From positions 544,001 through 608,000 of the forward strand of contig OZ219750.1 of the NCBI GenBank assembly GCA_964291315.2: a stretch of DNA of 64,000 nucleotides, in the 5' to 3' direction. Shown here piece after piece: positions 37,219-47,656 of the stretch. Position 1 is the stretch's first letter. Each line of letters starts with the position of its first letter. Below the pieces are notes generated by a model, which was given only the letters and a program-made list of their open reading frames with translations, searched no databases and had not been told where the DNA came from. The position numbers were made by a program, and so were the translations under genes. Source of the DNA: Candidatus Poribacteria bacterium. GTDB taxonomy: Bacteria > Poribacteria > WGA-4E > WGA-3G.

Positions 37219-40200
37219 ATGAAAAAACGAACACTCGTTTGTTTTTTGATTTTTACTTTGTGTGTTTTTTATAGTTCAATTCCGAACGCTGTTTTCGGGC
37301 AGGAAGTCTCTCTCGCCCAGCAAGTGTTTGACAAGCACAGCGAGACGCTCCAGCGTGAAGATATTCAGGCGGTTTTGCCCGATGTTCTTGAGGGGCTGAA
37401 AGCACCAAACATTCAGGCCCTTTTGACCCCCCAAACCATTGCGATCGTTGTCGCAACTCCGGATCTCCTAACACAGTTTGTTCCAGATATAGATCAGCAA
37501 TTTGTGGCGCTTTTGAAAGAGGATGTTGATCTCCAAGGGCTGCTCAGCGATCCGCAAGTTCAAGAATTGCTCCAAGATCCAGCAGCAATTGACGAACTTG
37601 CAGGATTATTGGGTGTTGGTGCTGAACCTCCAGTGGTGGAGCCCCCAGTAGTGGAGCCTCCAGTGGTAGAGCCCCCAGTGGTGGAGCCCCCGGTAGTGGA
37701 GCCTCCAGTGGTAGAGCCCCCAGTAACAGTCCCAACTATAGATCCTTTTGAGCCAATAATGCCCACGAATGATTTCATTTTGGGTAAATCAAGGCTTGGC
37801 GGTCTCTCTCTGAATGCTGCTTCTGGAAAAGGTCTTATTGAAGAGATTATTCGAGCATCTGGGCTGCCTTTTGAAGCGAGCACTCTGGTAGATGCAATTC
37901 TTGACCTTGTTCCGCAAGGGATTTTCCCGAAGAAGCAGATGCGCCAGATTTTGATGTCCAACCGTCTCTCCATTTTTGAACAAGAAGCGAAGCAATTGGA
38001 TTTCGAGAATTTCGGAAATGCCATAATGCCGAACTTTGCTGATTTTGCCTATTTAGAAGCCAGCAGCAAACATGTAACAAGAGATGGTTTACAGGTTTAT
38101 ATGCGTGTACCCGCGAAGGTTGGAGGTGTTACGTTTACGCTCTCAGGTGGGAAAACAGTTCCGGGTACCGAAGTTACCATGGCTGAATTTCAAAGCGATA
38201 CCATTTCTTATACTTTCCAGTTAGATGAAACGCTTGCTGCTACCAACTTACCTGCATGGCCCAGTTTAGGTGCTCAACTGTTTTCGAGCGTTACGCTCCG
38301 GTATTCAAATACTGGCCCACAGGGAGACTACATAGCTGTTGATATGCAGCCGACAACTGGGAAAAATGGCGTTGTTTGGGAATCAGAAATAGGCATTCCA
38401 CCTAAAGGGAGTACCTATTACTATTTTGAAGTGATGCTCACTGAGCCGGTATCCTTCACGACGTTGGACCGTGAAGCAATTGCAGCTATGGATCCAACTA
38501 CTGTAAGCTTAGCGGATATTCTCAGTGCCACGAAAGAATACACAATTGAAGGTTGGGCGATGCCAGATCCAAAGAACCTTCAGATGGTCAATCGTGGTAT
38601 TGTCGAGGCGCTGTTTACCCCTGATTTAACACGTGTGCTTGATGATGTGCTGACATCACCCAACGCCGCAAACATAATCCTAAAGGTAAACGCGGGGCAG
38701 CAACTCAAGATAAACGAATTTTTGAGTGTTGCTACGCAAAAGCAACGGAATAGGATTACGAGTATAATCTCCCGTAATGCAAACAGAATCACAACTAAAT
38801 TTGAAACTGAATTTGATCCGATGTTGGCTTCTGTTTTTACTGTGCCACGTGTTAATATGCAAACAGAATCCCTTTGGATCGCACAAATTGAAGATATCGC
38901 TGATGGCAGCTACTATCTAGCGGCTGTTGTTCATGATGCCGATGGTAACCCGCTTGATCAGGTCCAAGAGATGGTCACTTTTGATACGACTGCTCCGGAG
39001 GCTCAGATTCAGATTATGGATGGCGGGAACACTGCAGGATATACAAATGCAGAAGGTGTCTATGTTGCTACTGCTCCTAATGCTGGTCCTGCAGCTCTCA
39101 ACATCATGGGTATGTCGAAGGGGAATGACGTAGGTGCAGGCAGGGGATACCTTTTTTATCAAGAGATTGCCTTGGATGCAGATGGAATTCCTCAAAGCAC
39201 ATGGATGCCATTAACGGTTGAGTCCACAATCTTGACATCTAGGATTTGGTCGTCTGTTCTGGAAAGATTCCCGCAAGAACTTGCTTCATTTGTGAAGATG
39301 AATTTCCCTGAACTCGTCGGTGGTTTGGACGATACAGCGATAGCAGGACTCTTAGGTAGTCTGACTCCTGAATCGCTCTTGGCCCTACTCTCGCCGGACT
39401 TAATCCAACAGTTTGCAAATCCATTTCTCAAGAGTTTAGAGCCTTTCATAGGACGCTTTCAACTCTCTGACTCTCAGAGCCAAGCGATAGTTGATGCTTT
39501 GGGTGCTACGGTGGATATCGTTGACCATCTGTTGCCAGTAACCTTTGAACCCTCTGAGCATGTGACCATGCCCATCCAGGGTGAGCATATGTCTCTTATG
39601 ATAGGAGACTACGGGATTCGAGCAATGGGGATTGATATGCTCTTCAATCTCGGGGTCTATGCTGAACCTGCCCGGCTCAGGATTGTCGTGCCGGAAACTG
39701 ATGCAGCCAGCGTTACAGCTGTCAATATCGGCGACCAGAATGGCGATGGTGATGCTAATGACCCTTATGAAAACGGTATGATCTTCGCGGATACTACGGA
39801 CGATGTAATGTTGACCGTCACTGTGGACAATCGTACTGTGCATCCTGCTTCCATCAGTGTGCAATATATGGATGCAAACGGGGCATGGCAGATGATCGGT
39901 GAAGCTCGTGAGCTAGCTGAAAATGAAGAAGTATCTATGTATCAGATCAGCTGGAATGTTACCGATTTTGATGCCCTCGTAGCTGCAAGTGATACGGTTA
40001 TGGTTCGGGCCGTGGCAACCAATGCCCTTCAACTTACGAGCACGTCAGAGCCGTTCGCAATAAAACTGGATGCTGACGTTTACCCTGCTCCTTTTGACGT
40101 AATAGCGCTTGCACTTGATGCTGAGTCCATTACGAAGACAAATCCAGATAGCGGGGGCCCCCAAGGCACGGTCACAATCAGTGGATATACGCCGCAACGG

Positions 40201-43185
40201 ACAGATCCAAGAATCACTTCTTTCCGAGTGAAGATTGGGGACGAAGTATTTACAACCAGCGAAGGCACCGTCATTACCTCGGAAGAATTTGAGAGGCTTG
40301 AAGACACGCCTGACGTTAGTGACGATCTCCTTTATCTGGCAGCTAGAGCTGTCGCAGAGGGGGGAGCCACAGAATCTCCGATCTATCGGGAAGACTATCC
40401 ACCGTATCTAATGAAATGGACGGTTACGGTAGATACGACGCGTCTTGACGACACTATCACCGCGGATAGCTCCGCAGCTCGCGATGCCTCCAAGGACGAA
40501 AATAAGCATGTTGTGACTGCATCCACAATGACAGATAGTGGCGAAATGCCGGCACCTGAGAATGTCAAGAGTCACTTGTCGGTTGATAATGTTGACGATG
40601 TTGGGCCAGTGGGTCCCACAAACATTACCGCTGTCACCAATGTTGCTGATGGGGTTGATTCTCAACTTGTTGAAGCAGATGAGGACGGAAGTTATATGGT
40701 CGGTGGGATTGTTGATGAGGCGGTTCCATCTCCGATGGATATGCTTACTATTGAACCGACGGCCGATGCTAAAACCTACGCATCTGTGAAATTAATCCAA
40801 ACCGATGCTGATGGGAACGAAACTGTGACAGATAGTGAAGCCGGCGATTTGAACGTTACAGTTGACGTTGGGATGCTTGAAAATGGAACATATATGTTCC
40901 ATGCTCTCGCTGTTGACGAATTTGGTAATGTGCAAACCGATGAGTCACCGAAAACTGTTGTACATGTGATGAACTTCCGCCTCTCGGATATCAGTGATTT
41001 AATGATCACAGCGGTTGATGGGCTGGAGGTAGCGGAAACGCCTGTTGAACCTATAGCGCTTCGGGATTCGCTCACAGCTGGTTTCGTTGTTGCTAACGGC
41101 TCATTAGCTACAGAACATCTGAGTGCTAGCATTAACGGGAATGCGGTCGCTAGTGAAAGTACAGAAGATCCAGAGATGACCTTCTCACTTTCGATGATGG
41201 ACCTTTCAGCAATGTCGGACGGTATGTATACGCTAGAAGGTATGGTCAACCGATGGAATGGTTCAGTGTCATTCCCGTTAGCTATGATTAACCTTGACAG
41301 TACGGGTCCGATGGTTAAGATTGAAACGCCTTTGGAAGATCATACGATTGACAGTTTACCGACTGTTTATGCGACCTATGAAGATGGTACGGGCGTTGGT
41401 GTTGACAGCACAGGCAAAGAGGGCTTGGCTTGGGCAACAACGGAACTTGCCGATGGACCAACCGTTATGTTGGTGCGTATACTGCCTGAGCAAGGTGACC
41501 AAGATATTATGATTGACCAGATGGCTATTGAAGCTGATAAATCCACCTTGGTTTACACCCGTGATGAACAACTTCCCGGTGGTGCCTACCGCGCAACTGT
41601 CAAAGTTGCTGATGTTCTCGGTAACATCGGGGAAGCCTCTGTTGAATTCGCTATCAGCGGCACTTTTCCAGCCGTTGCGATTCACTCACCAACTTCGGGG
41701 CAGACCGTCAAGGACACCACCCCACTGATTAGCGGTGAGATCTCGGGGGCAGGCGATCTTGAAATAACCATCTTTACTGTTGACGGTGTGGATGTTACAC
41801 CTGAGGTAGACGGGAACCGATTCTCTTATACGCCTGTTGCAGCGTTAAGCGGTGGGGCACACACTGTTGTCGTTGAAGTCACCGATGGTGACGGTCGAAC
41901 AGCACAGACATCCACCTCTTTCACAGTGGCGACAGACACAACTCCACCTGTTATCTCTGAAGTCGCTCCATCTGGAGTCATCAAAGGTGATAGCTGGATA
42001 ACAATTTCAGCGGTTGTTTCTGATGAACAATCCAGTATTGTAAGTGTGAAGTTTGCTATTGACGATAAACCGTCCCGCTCCGTTCCGCTTGCTCAAATTG
42101 CGGAAGGACGCGCTCAAATTGCGGAAAGCTTCACAGCAGGTGCACATACCGTAACTGTCATTGCAATTAGTGCGGGTGGCACGACACAACATTCGTGGAC
42201 TTTCACGTTAGAAGTCGATAATGTCGCACCTACGATTACCTCAATCACTCCGACAGGAACTATTCGTGCTGGACTCCCGGTAATCTCCGCGAGTGCCAAC
42301 GATGAATCTGGGGTGGATAAGATGGGTATTGTTGTGTTTGACAGCGACGGTGAAGAGGTAAAAGGCGATACCGAAGATGATGGTGAGGATGATGTTGAAG
42401 GTATCACACGCTTGGACTTCATTCCTGAGGAACCCCTTGATGAGGGAACTTACACGATTGAGGTTCGCGCGACTGATACAATCGGTAACTCTGCTACGGC
42501 AAAAAGTACTTTTTCAATTGACTTCGATACTGCTGCTCCGGTTATCACAATGTCATCGCCGCAAAATGAGGCACGTCTGACCGAACGGCGCCCTCAGATT
42601 TCGATAACCTACGCTGATGCTGAATCAGGGATAGATGTCGATTCTATCCGCTTTGTTCTAGATGACAAGCTGATTAATGTCAAACCGAATCAGAAGACGG
42701 CATCACAGTTGATATACACTCCAGATATCGATCTCGCTTTCGGGAAACATAGCGTCAAACTTGAGGTTTCTGACATGGCACATAAAGAGGGCAATGTCTC
42801 TGAAAAGAGCAGCGGCGCTCGTGAAGCAAACATGGCAGTCCATGAGTTTACATTCTATGTTGAGAGTGAGGAAGGTCCGGCGTTGGCCTCGCGTCCGATA
42901 AATGCACCTAACCCGTTCAGAGAGAACACGCGTATTTCCTTCACGTTGACTCGACAATCTACGGTGAGTATTGTCATTTACGATATGACGCTGCGACCTG
43001 TCCGAGTCTTGGTTGATAACGAAGTATGGGATGCAGGTGAGTACATTGGTACGAACGCAATCGGTTGGGACGGAACTAGTTCTTCTGGCGAGGATTTGGC
43101 TCGAGGTGTCTACTTCTGTCAAATTATGGTAGCGGACGGTTTTGAACCGGAGTATGTACTTCTCAAACTTGCACTGACACGCTAA
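37219..43185 (+). CDS. Giant secreted acidic protein with Ig-like repeats and a FlgD-Ig/T9SS-A-like C-terminal domain
   Basis: GAGGAGG RBS and signal peptide at 37219; D.T.P.I..I.P / G.HT..V.. Ig repeats; NAPNPF..TRISFTL..IYD..VRVL..WDG...LARGVYF. Confidence 0.85.
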   Translation: MKKRTLVCFLIFTLCVFYSSIPNAVFGQEVSLAQQVFDKHSETLQREDIQAVLPDVLEGLKAPNIQALLTPQTIAIVVATPDLLTQFVPDIDQQFVALLKEDVDLQGLLSDPQVQELLQDPAAIDELAGLLGVGAEPPVVEPPVVEPPVVEPPVVEPPVVEPPVVEPPVTVPTIDPFEPIMPTNDFILGKSRLGGLSLNAASGKGLIEEIIRASGLPFEASTLVDAILDLVPQGIFPKKQMRQILMSNRLSIFEQEAKQLDFENFGNAIMPNFADFAYLEASSKHVTRDGLQVYMRVPAKVGGVTFTLSGGKTVPGTEVTMAEFQSDTISYTFQLDETLAATNLPAWPSLGAQLFSSVTLRYSNTGPQGDYIAVDMQPTTGKNGVVWESEIGIPPKGSTYYYFEVMLTEPVSFTTLDREAIAAMDPTTVSLADILSATKEYTIEGWAMPDPKNLQMVNRGIVEALFTPDLTRVLDDVLTSPNAANIILKVNAGQQLKINEFLSVATQKQRNRITSIISRNANRITTKFETEFDPMLASVFTVPRVNMQTESLWIAQIEDIADGSYYLAAVVHDADGNPLDQVQEMVTFDTTAPEAQIQIMDGGNTAGYTNAEGVYVATAPNAGPAALNIMGMSKGNDVGAGRGYLFYQEIALDADGIPQSTWMPLTVESTILTSRIWSSVLERFPQELASFVKMNFPELVGGLDDTAIAGLLGSLTPESLLALLSPDLIQQFANPFLKSLEPFIGRFQLSDSQSQAIVDALGATVDIVDHLLPVTFEPSEHVTMPIQGEHMSLMIGDYGIRAMGIDMLFNLGVYAEPARLRIVVPETDAASVTAVNIGDQNGDGDANDPYENGMIFADTTDDVMLTVTVDNRTVHPASISVQYMDANGAWQMIGEARELAENEEVSMYQISWNVTDFDALVAASDTVMVRAVATNALQLTSTSEPFAIKLDADVYPAPFDVIALALDAESITKTNPDSGGPQGTVTISGYTPQRTDPRITSFRVKIGDEVFTTSEGTVITSEEFERLEDTPDVSDDLLYLAARAVAEGGATESPIYREDYPPYLMKWTVTVDTTRLDDTITADSSAARDASKDENKHVVTASTMTDSGEMPAPENVKSHLSVDNVDDVGPVGPTNITAVTNVADGVDSQLVEADEDGSYMVGGIVDEAVPSPMDMLTIEPTADAKTYASVKLIQTDADGNETVTDSEAGDLNVTVDVGMLENGTYMFHALAVDEFGNVQTDESPKTVVHVMNFRLSDISDLMITAVDGLEVAETPVEPIALRDSLTAGFVVANGSLATEHLSASINGNAVASESTEDPEMTFSLSMMDLSAMSDGMYTLEGMVNRWNGSVSFPLAMINLDSTGPMVKIETPLEDHTIDSLPTVYATYEDGTGVGVDSTGKEGLAWATTELADGPTVMLVRILPEQGDQDIMIDQMAIEADKSTLVYTRDEQLPGGAYRATVKVADVLGNIGEASVEFAISGTFPAVAIHSPTSGQTVKDTTPLISGEISGAGDLEITIFTVDGVDVTPEVDGNRFSYTPVAALSGGAHTVVVEVTDGDGRTAQTSTSFTVATDTTPPVISEVAPSGVIKGDSWITISAVVSDEQSSIVSVKFAIDDKPSRSVPLAQIAEGRAQIAESFTAGAHTVTVIAISAGGTTQHSWTFTLEVDNVAPTITSITPTGTIRAGLPVISASANDESGVDKMGIVVFDSDGEEVKGDTEDDGEDDVEGITRLDFIPEEPLDEGTYTIEVRATDTIGNSATAKSTFSIDFDTAAPVITMSSPQNEARLTERRPQISITYADAESGIDVDSIRFVLDDKLINVKPNQKTASQLIYTPDIDLAFGKHSVKLEVSDMAHKEGNVSEKSSGAREANMAVHEFTFYVESEEGPALASRPINAPNPFRENTRISFTLTRQSTVSIVIYDMTLRPVRVLVDNEVWDAGEYIGTNAIGWDGTSSSGEDLARGVYFCQIMVADGFEPEYVLLKLALTR
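37624..37728 (+). repeat. 15-bp coding tandem repeat x7 (EPPVV linker)
   Basis: GARCCYCCRGTRGTR units; the last unit reads EPPVT. Confidence 0.95.
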
Positions 43186-43257
43186 GTAAATGGCAGTCTG
43201 CATGTCGGGAATTGGACGCTTGTCTAGTTCCCGATGTGGACACTGAAGGAGGATATA

Positions 43258-44256
43258 ATGTTAATGACAGAACAAATCGCTAAATGGGTTTCCAAAAAGG
43301 GCCCGAAATTGTTATGCGGTTTACTACCCCTTTTCTTTTTTATCCTAGCGGTGTCACCGGCCAGTTTTGCGGGAGTGGATGCCATGCCACATCTGCGGCT
43401 TGGTGCCGGTGCACGCTCGATCGGCTTAGCTGGTGCATTCACAGCAATTGCTGATGATGCTACTGCAACCGTTTGGAACCCAGCAGGACTCGGCTCCGCA
43501 GCGGATTTAAGCCTCAACCTTTCAACACAGCAGCTTGATTTTGATAGGAACCATAACTTCATTGCATTGACGAAAGCTCTTGGTTCATCGGGGGCCATCG
43601 GCCTCGCTGTCACAAACGCGGGTGTCAGTGGCATCCAGCAGTATGACGAAAATGAACGCTACGGTGGAGAATTCGACTACAGTGCGAATGCTTACTCTCT
43701 CTCTTATGGCATCGGGTTCGGAAATTTCGGTATCGGTCTTACAGCCCGCCTGTTAACAGACAGCTTCGGGGGATCCGATGTTGAAAATCAAAGTGGTTTT
43801 GGGGGGCTAGATGTCGGAATCATGGGACATGCCCTGCATATCGATGTCGGTGAAGAAAATGTGCCAACCTTCCACTATGGGCTTGTTGCGAAGTACCTCG
43901 GGGCCTCCCTTGGTGATGACACTGTCCCCATGGTTATTAATCTCGGCTTAGCCTACAACCTCTATATGGGTAATGTTGTCACATTTGCCGCAGATATTGA
44001 GCAAGAACTCGTAAATCTTGACCAAAGTGCCACGAGTTTGAAGCTCGGTGCTGAATATACTATTCTCACTTACAAATCTACTGCTTTATCCATCCGTGGC
44101 GGGGTCAGAGCATCGCGCGATACCCAAAACCTCTTCGGTGGTTTTGGTGTCAACATCGGTGGGCTGCAGATTGATTATGCTATCCAAGATGGTATGGCGA
44201 GTGAAATCAACGGGGTCGGATCAACTCACTTTGCTTCTCTCTCTTATAGGTATTAA
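43258..44256 (+). CDS. PorV/PorQ (FadL-like) outer-membrane beta-barrel
   Basis: GAGARSIGLAGAFTAIADDATATVWNPAGL signature; amphipathic strands; aromatic C-terminus LSYRY. Confidence 0.8.
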   Translation: MLMTEQIAKWVSKKGPKLLCGLLPLFFFILAVSPASFAGVDAMPHLRLGAGARSIGLAGAFTAIADDATATVWNPAGLGSAADLSLNLSTQQLDFDRNHNFIALTKALGSSGAIGLAVTNAGVSGIQQYDENERYGGEFDYSANAYSLSYGIGFGNFGIGLTARLLTDSFGGSDVENQSGFGGLDVGIMGHALHIDVGEENVPTFHYGLVAKYLGASLGDDTVPMVINLGLAYNLYMGNVVTFAADIEQELVNLDQSATSLKLGAEYTILTYKSTALSIRGGVRASRDTQNLFGGFGVNIGGLQIDYAIQDGMASEINGVGSTHFASLSYRY

Positions 44257-44268
44257 AGGAGGAAATTA

Positions 44269-45129
44269 ATGAAAATGATAAGAGGCACGCTGAAGTTAGC
44301 ACTGATTCTGTACATCTGCGCAGCACTCAGTGGTGTTTATGTGTTATCCGCGTCGGCGAAAATCACGCCGCATGATGGCGATGACAATACTATGCTCATC
44401 ACAATTGTAAAGGGAGACACACTTTGGGATCTCTGCCAACAACATCTCAAGGATCCACTTCGCTGGCGTGAGCTGAGTAAGTATAACGACTTCACCAACC
44501 CGCACCTCATCTATCCGGGCGAACATCTGCGAATTCCTGTCGCTATGGTGAAAGAACTCGTTGAAGTGGCTGAGGAAGATCTCGCTAGTTCCCAGGAAGA
44601 GCTTGAGAGATTAAAAGTGGAATTAGCTGAATCGGAAGCAACGCGGGATAAACTAGAATCAGAAATTAGTGGGCTCAACGAGAGTATGGGACAACTCAAG
44701 GCGCAGCTTAAGGCTCTTGAGGACAGCCTGAAATCACAAGAGCAGCTCATCGATGCAGTTGGTCAATCGGGCGAGGTAATCGCCTTGAGCTTCAAAGAAG
44801 TCCTTACAGCAAATAAAGATGCTATCCTTGATGCGATTTCTGGTCTTGACGAACGTCTTAAAGCATTGGGGAAAATGCATGAAAAACGGAAAATGGAAGC
44901 AGAAAAGACACTCGCACGTGTCGAGACTATCCAGACGCATGTGAAAACGCTTCTAACCTCCGTTGAAAACAACCAAAAAGCGATCAGGGAAGTCAAGATG
45001 ATCCTTGAAAATGCCAAGGGTGTGCACGAGGAACTTTCCTCATCCAAACGTGGGTGGGTGTTCCTGACAACTGTCGCAGCTGGCATTGGGTTGTTTGCTA
45101 TCAATGCTATCGGTGGGCGAGGCGAGTAA
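44269..45129 (+). CDS. LysM-domain coiled-coil protein with C-terminal membrane anchor
   Basis: IVKGDTLWDL...W.EL..N..NPHLIYPGE.L.IP; long heptad region; terminal hydrophobic helix. Confidence 0.85.
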   Translation: MKMIRGTLKLALILYICAALSGVYVLSASAKITPHDGDDNTMLITIVKGDTLWDLCQQHLKDPLRWRELSKYNDFTNPHLIYPGEHLRIPVAMVKELVEVAEEDLASSQEELERLKVELAESEATRDKLESEISGLNESMGQLKAQLKALEDSLKSQEQLIDAVGQSGEVIALSFKEVLTANKDAILDAISGLDERLKALGKMHEKRKMEAEKTLARVETIQTHVKTLLTSVENNQKAIREVKMILENAKGVHEELSSSKRGWVFLTTVAAGIGLFAINAIGGRGE

Positions 45130-45149
45130 TCGAAACGCATCACCTTTTA

Positions 45150-45186
45150 GGCAGGGAAGGTGTTAAATCGCCTCCCTGCTTTTTTT
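45150..45186 (+). terminator. Intrinsic terminator
   Basis: GCAGGGAAGGTG..CGCCTCCCTGC followed by a T run. Confidence 0.7.
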
Positions 45187-45216
45187 ATAGCGTTTGCTAT
45201 TTTAAAGGCTCTGAAT

Positions 45217-45837
45217 ATGTCAGCAAATGTCTCTAAACATCCTCAACCTCCCTTTACTCAAGTAATGTCCCTCTCCGGTGATAGAGTTGGCAGTAAAGGA
45301 AGGTTCCGATTCGCTGGATTCGCGTGGATATCTGATGCAAAAGTCATCTTTGTCCAAGGCGATATGCAAAATTTGGAAACACCTCCGGAGTGGCGGCAGC
45401 TGTTACGTCTGATTAACCTCGCGCATCGTCTCAGAAGATCTATCGTTTTGTGGAATCTTCCTATTATCCATATCGCTACAAAACAGCGTAGAATGTCGTT
45501 AGCCAAGGCACAGGTGATTCAGAGGGTCGAATTGGCGCTACTAAAACTACCACACCCTATTATCGCAGTTTTTGACGAAACTTGCGATGGTGTTTATCCG
45601 CTTTCCGAAGCCTGCTGGAACGATGGTATTGTACTTGTGTCGTCCTTAGGTGCTCAACTTTCTGAATCTGGTAAGGTCAAAATGGCTCGACATCCAGCAG
45701 AAATTGCACCCGCGATTGTCTATCTTCTCTGTCAAGCAGCAGCTATTCCAGCTGCGGAATTAATTGAAGATCGAAGCGCGTCTCTGCATATGTTTGTTAA
45801 AAGCAGAACAGCGTTTTCGTCAGAATTGCTATCCTAG
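45217..45837 (+). CDS. Degenerate AccA-like (carboxyltransferase alpha) protein
   Basis: F...LSGDR, P..WRQLLRLINLAHR, AQVIQR..L.LPHPIIAV align with AccA landmarks; the GEGGSGGA motif is absent. Confidence 0.5.
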   Translation: MSANVSKHPQPPFTQVMSLSGDRVGSKGRFRFAGFAWISDAKVIFVQGDMQNLETPPEWRQLLRLINLAHRLRRSIVLWNLPIIHIATKQRRMSLAKAQVIQRVELALLKLPHPIIAVFDETCDGVYPLSEACWNDGIVLVSSLGAQLSESGKVKMARHPAEIAPAIVYLLCQAAAIPAAELIEDRSASLHMFVKSRTAFSSELLS

Positions 45838-45850
45838 TGAGGCACTTTTG

Positions 45851-46474
45851 ATGTTCGAAGCAAAATTAAAACCACACTTTGACGTTATTCTGTCTGTTGT
45901 CGCAAATAAGATGGTCGCACTCGGAATTACAGCAAATATGGTGACGCTTTTTGGATTCGTCGTCAATCTCATTGCCACTTTTTACGTAGCAACCGGACAT
46001 CTCGCTATAGGTGGGATTTTAATTTTATTTGGAGGCAGTTTTGATATGATAGATGGCGCGGTTGCTCGTGCCCAAATAAATCTCCGAGCCTCAGGTGCAC
46101 TCTTGGATTCCGTCATTGATCGTTATTCCGAAGGTTTTCTCTTTCTTAGTGTCCTTCTCTATTTTTATAGTTTGGGAAGTTTGATTGGAATAATTCTTGC
46201 CTTTGGTGCCTGGTTTGGTTCAATCCTGGTAAGTTATGTGAGGGCGAGATCTGAGGGACTTCAGATTACTTGTAAGGTTGGGCTTATGCAACGTCCAGAG
46301 CGTATCGTCTTACTTGGTGCTGGCACACTGCTCCAAGGACTGTTGTGGCACAAATTTCCAATCATTCAAACCAACGCTCTGATTCTACTCTGTGTGCTTG
46401 CGGTACTTACACTCACAACCCATATTACTGCACTTCATCGACTCGTTTTCTCGTATCAAGAATTGAACCGCTAA
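45851..46474 (+). CDS. CDP-alcohol phosphatidyltransferase
   Basis: DMIDGAVAR...GALLDSVIDR; SYVRARSE; GLMQRPER (phosphatidylinositol-phosphate synthase-like). Confidence 0.88.
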   Translation: MFEAKLKPHFDVILSVVANKMVALGITANMVTLFGFVVNLIATFYVATGHLAIGGILILFGGSFDMIDGAVARAQINLRASGALLDSVIDRYSEGFLFLSVLLYFYSLGSLIGIILAFGAWFGSILVSYVRARSEGLQITCKVGLMQRPERIVLLGAGTLLQGLLWHKFPIIQTNALILLCVLAVLTLTTHITALHRLVFSYQELNR

Positions 46475-47241
46475 TCTCCTCCTCCGCTCTGCCAAAGGAG
46501 GCGAGTCGCAAAAGCGATTACAGCGGCAATGAGCATCACTTTTATCCATTTTTCCCCTTTTGAGACCGCCCAATGACTTCCGAGCCATGCCCCGCTTGCA
46601 TTACCAACTGCCAGTGTCGGCCCTAAATACCAATTGATTTTGCCTTGTGAAATAAAAATACCAAGGGCAATTACGGTATAAAAGAAGATAACGAAAACTT
46701 TAATGGCATTCGTCCGGACTAAATCCATACCGGTGAAAAGGCGCAAAGCAGTTATAATAAGCAAACCAACACCAGCTTGGATGAATCCACCATAAATTCC
46801 GATAAAGAAAAAAACGATCATTACGATAATTTTAGAATTCTTGCTTCTGTTTTCAATCCTGTCTTTCAAGCGCTCCGTTGGATTAAGTAGTGTTAGGATC
46901 AGCATAACAAGCATCACGACAGCGAGGATTAGGTTGAATACCGAGTCCTTGATATCGATGGCTATTATAGCACCTATTATAGCACCGATAACCGCTGGTA
47001 TGGCGAGGAAAATGCTGTAGTTAAAATCAGATATCCCCTTACGGCGGAATCCCATGATGGCACTGAAGTTTTGAAAAAAAATAGCGATCCTATTCGTTCC
47101 GTTTGCGACCGCAGCCTCGAGCCCTAGGAAGATTAGCATAGGTAGGGCTAACAATGAACCGCCGAAGGCAACCGTGTTTAAGAAACCTGCAGCAATGCCC
47201 GTGCCAAAGAGTAAGAGGGCGTGAAGAAAGTTGAATTCCAC
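46471..47241 (-). CDS. Sulfite exporter TauE/SafE family membrane protein
   Basis: AGFLNTVAFGGSLL..P, ANGTNR, GIYGGFIQAGVG. Confidence 0.88.
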   Translation of the reverse strand: MEFNFLHALLLFGTGIAAGFLNTVAFGGSLLALPMLIFLGLEAAVANGTNRIAIFFQNFSAIMGFRRKGISDFNYSIFLAIPAVIGAIIGAIIAIDIKDSVFNLILAVVMLVMLILTLLNPTERLKDRIENRSKNSKIIVMIVFFFIGIYGGFIQAGVGLLIITALRLFTGMDLVRTNAIKVFVIFFYTVIALGIFISQGKINWYLGPTLAVGNASGAWLGSHWAVSKGEKWIKVMLIAAVIAFATRLLWQSGGGD

Positions 47242-47384
47242 TTTAAACTTTTATTATCTCCGTTTTTTACTAGCTTCCCACTTCCGGCCTGTAATGACTG
47301 TCGGCTTTCAGTTTTTGAATATCAGGGGCGCTGCAATCGCAAACGTTTTGTCTGCCACAAACTGATCTTGTTGACTACTGATAG

Positions 47385-47639
47385 CTATTTTGTTGACCTC
47401 CATTTCGCAATTCCAATCAAGATAAGGGCGACAAGGTTTCCTACAATGATCGCGCTTCCGAGCCCTACCATACCTAAGAAACCACAAATCTGAATTAGTC
47501 CGTTTCCAAATGGGCATTGCCAGTTATTTACGAAGATCGCACGGGCAGAAATTAGCACGCCGATTATAAAGCCGATACCGGCAGCTACAGCGGAAATCAT
47601 CTGTATTTTTTTTAAACCAGGAAGCTGTATTTCAAACAT
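47385..47639 (-). CDS. Small two-TM membrane protein
   Basis: Start at ATG 47639 after AAGGA; two hydrophobic helices with a C-x9-C loop. Confidence 0.6.
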   Translation of the reverse strand: MFEIQLPGLKKIQMISAVAAGIGFIIGVLISARAIFVNNWQCPFGNGLIQICGFLGMVGLGSAIIVGNLVALILIGIAKWRSTK

Positions 47640-47656
47640 AGAGGTTCCTTGCTTGT

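Noticed and set aside
37624-37728. CRISPR array
   Set aside because: Contiguous 15-bp coding repeats without spacers. The REP-like cluster at 15.9-16.3 kb also lacks regular spacers, and no cas genes are present.
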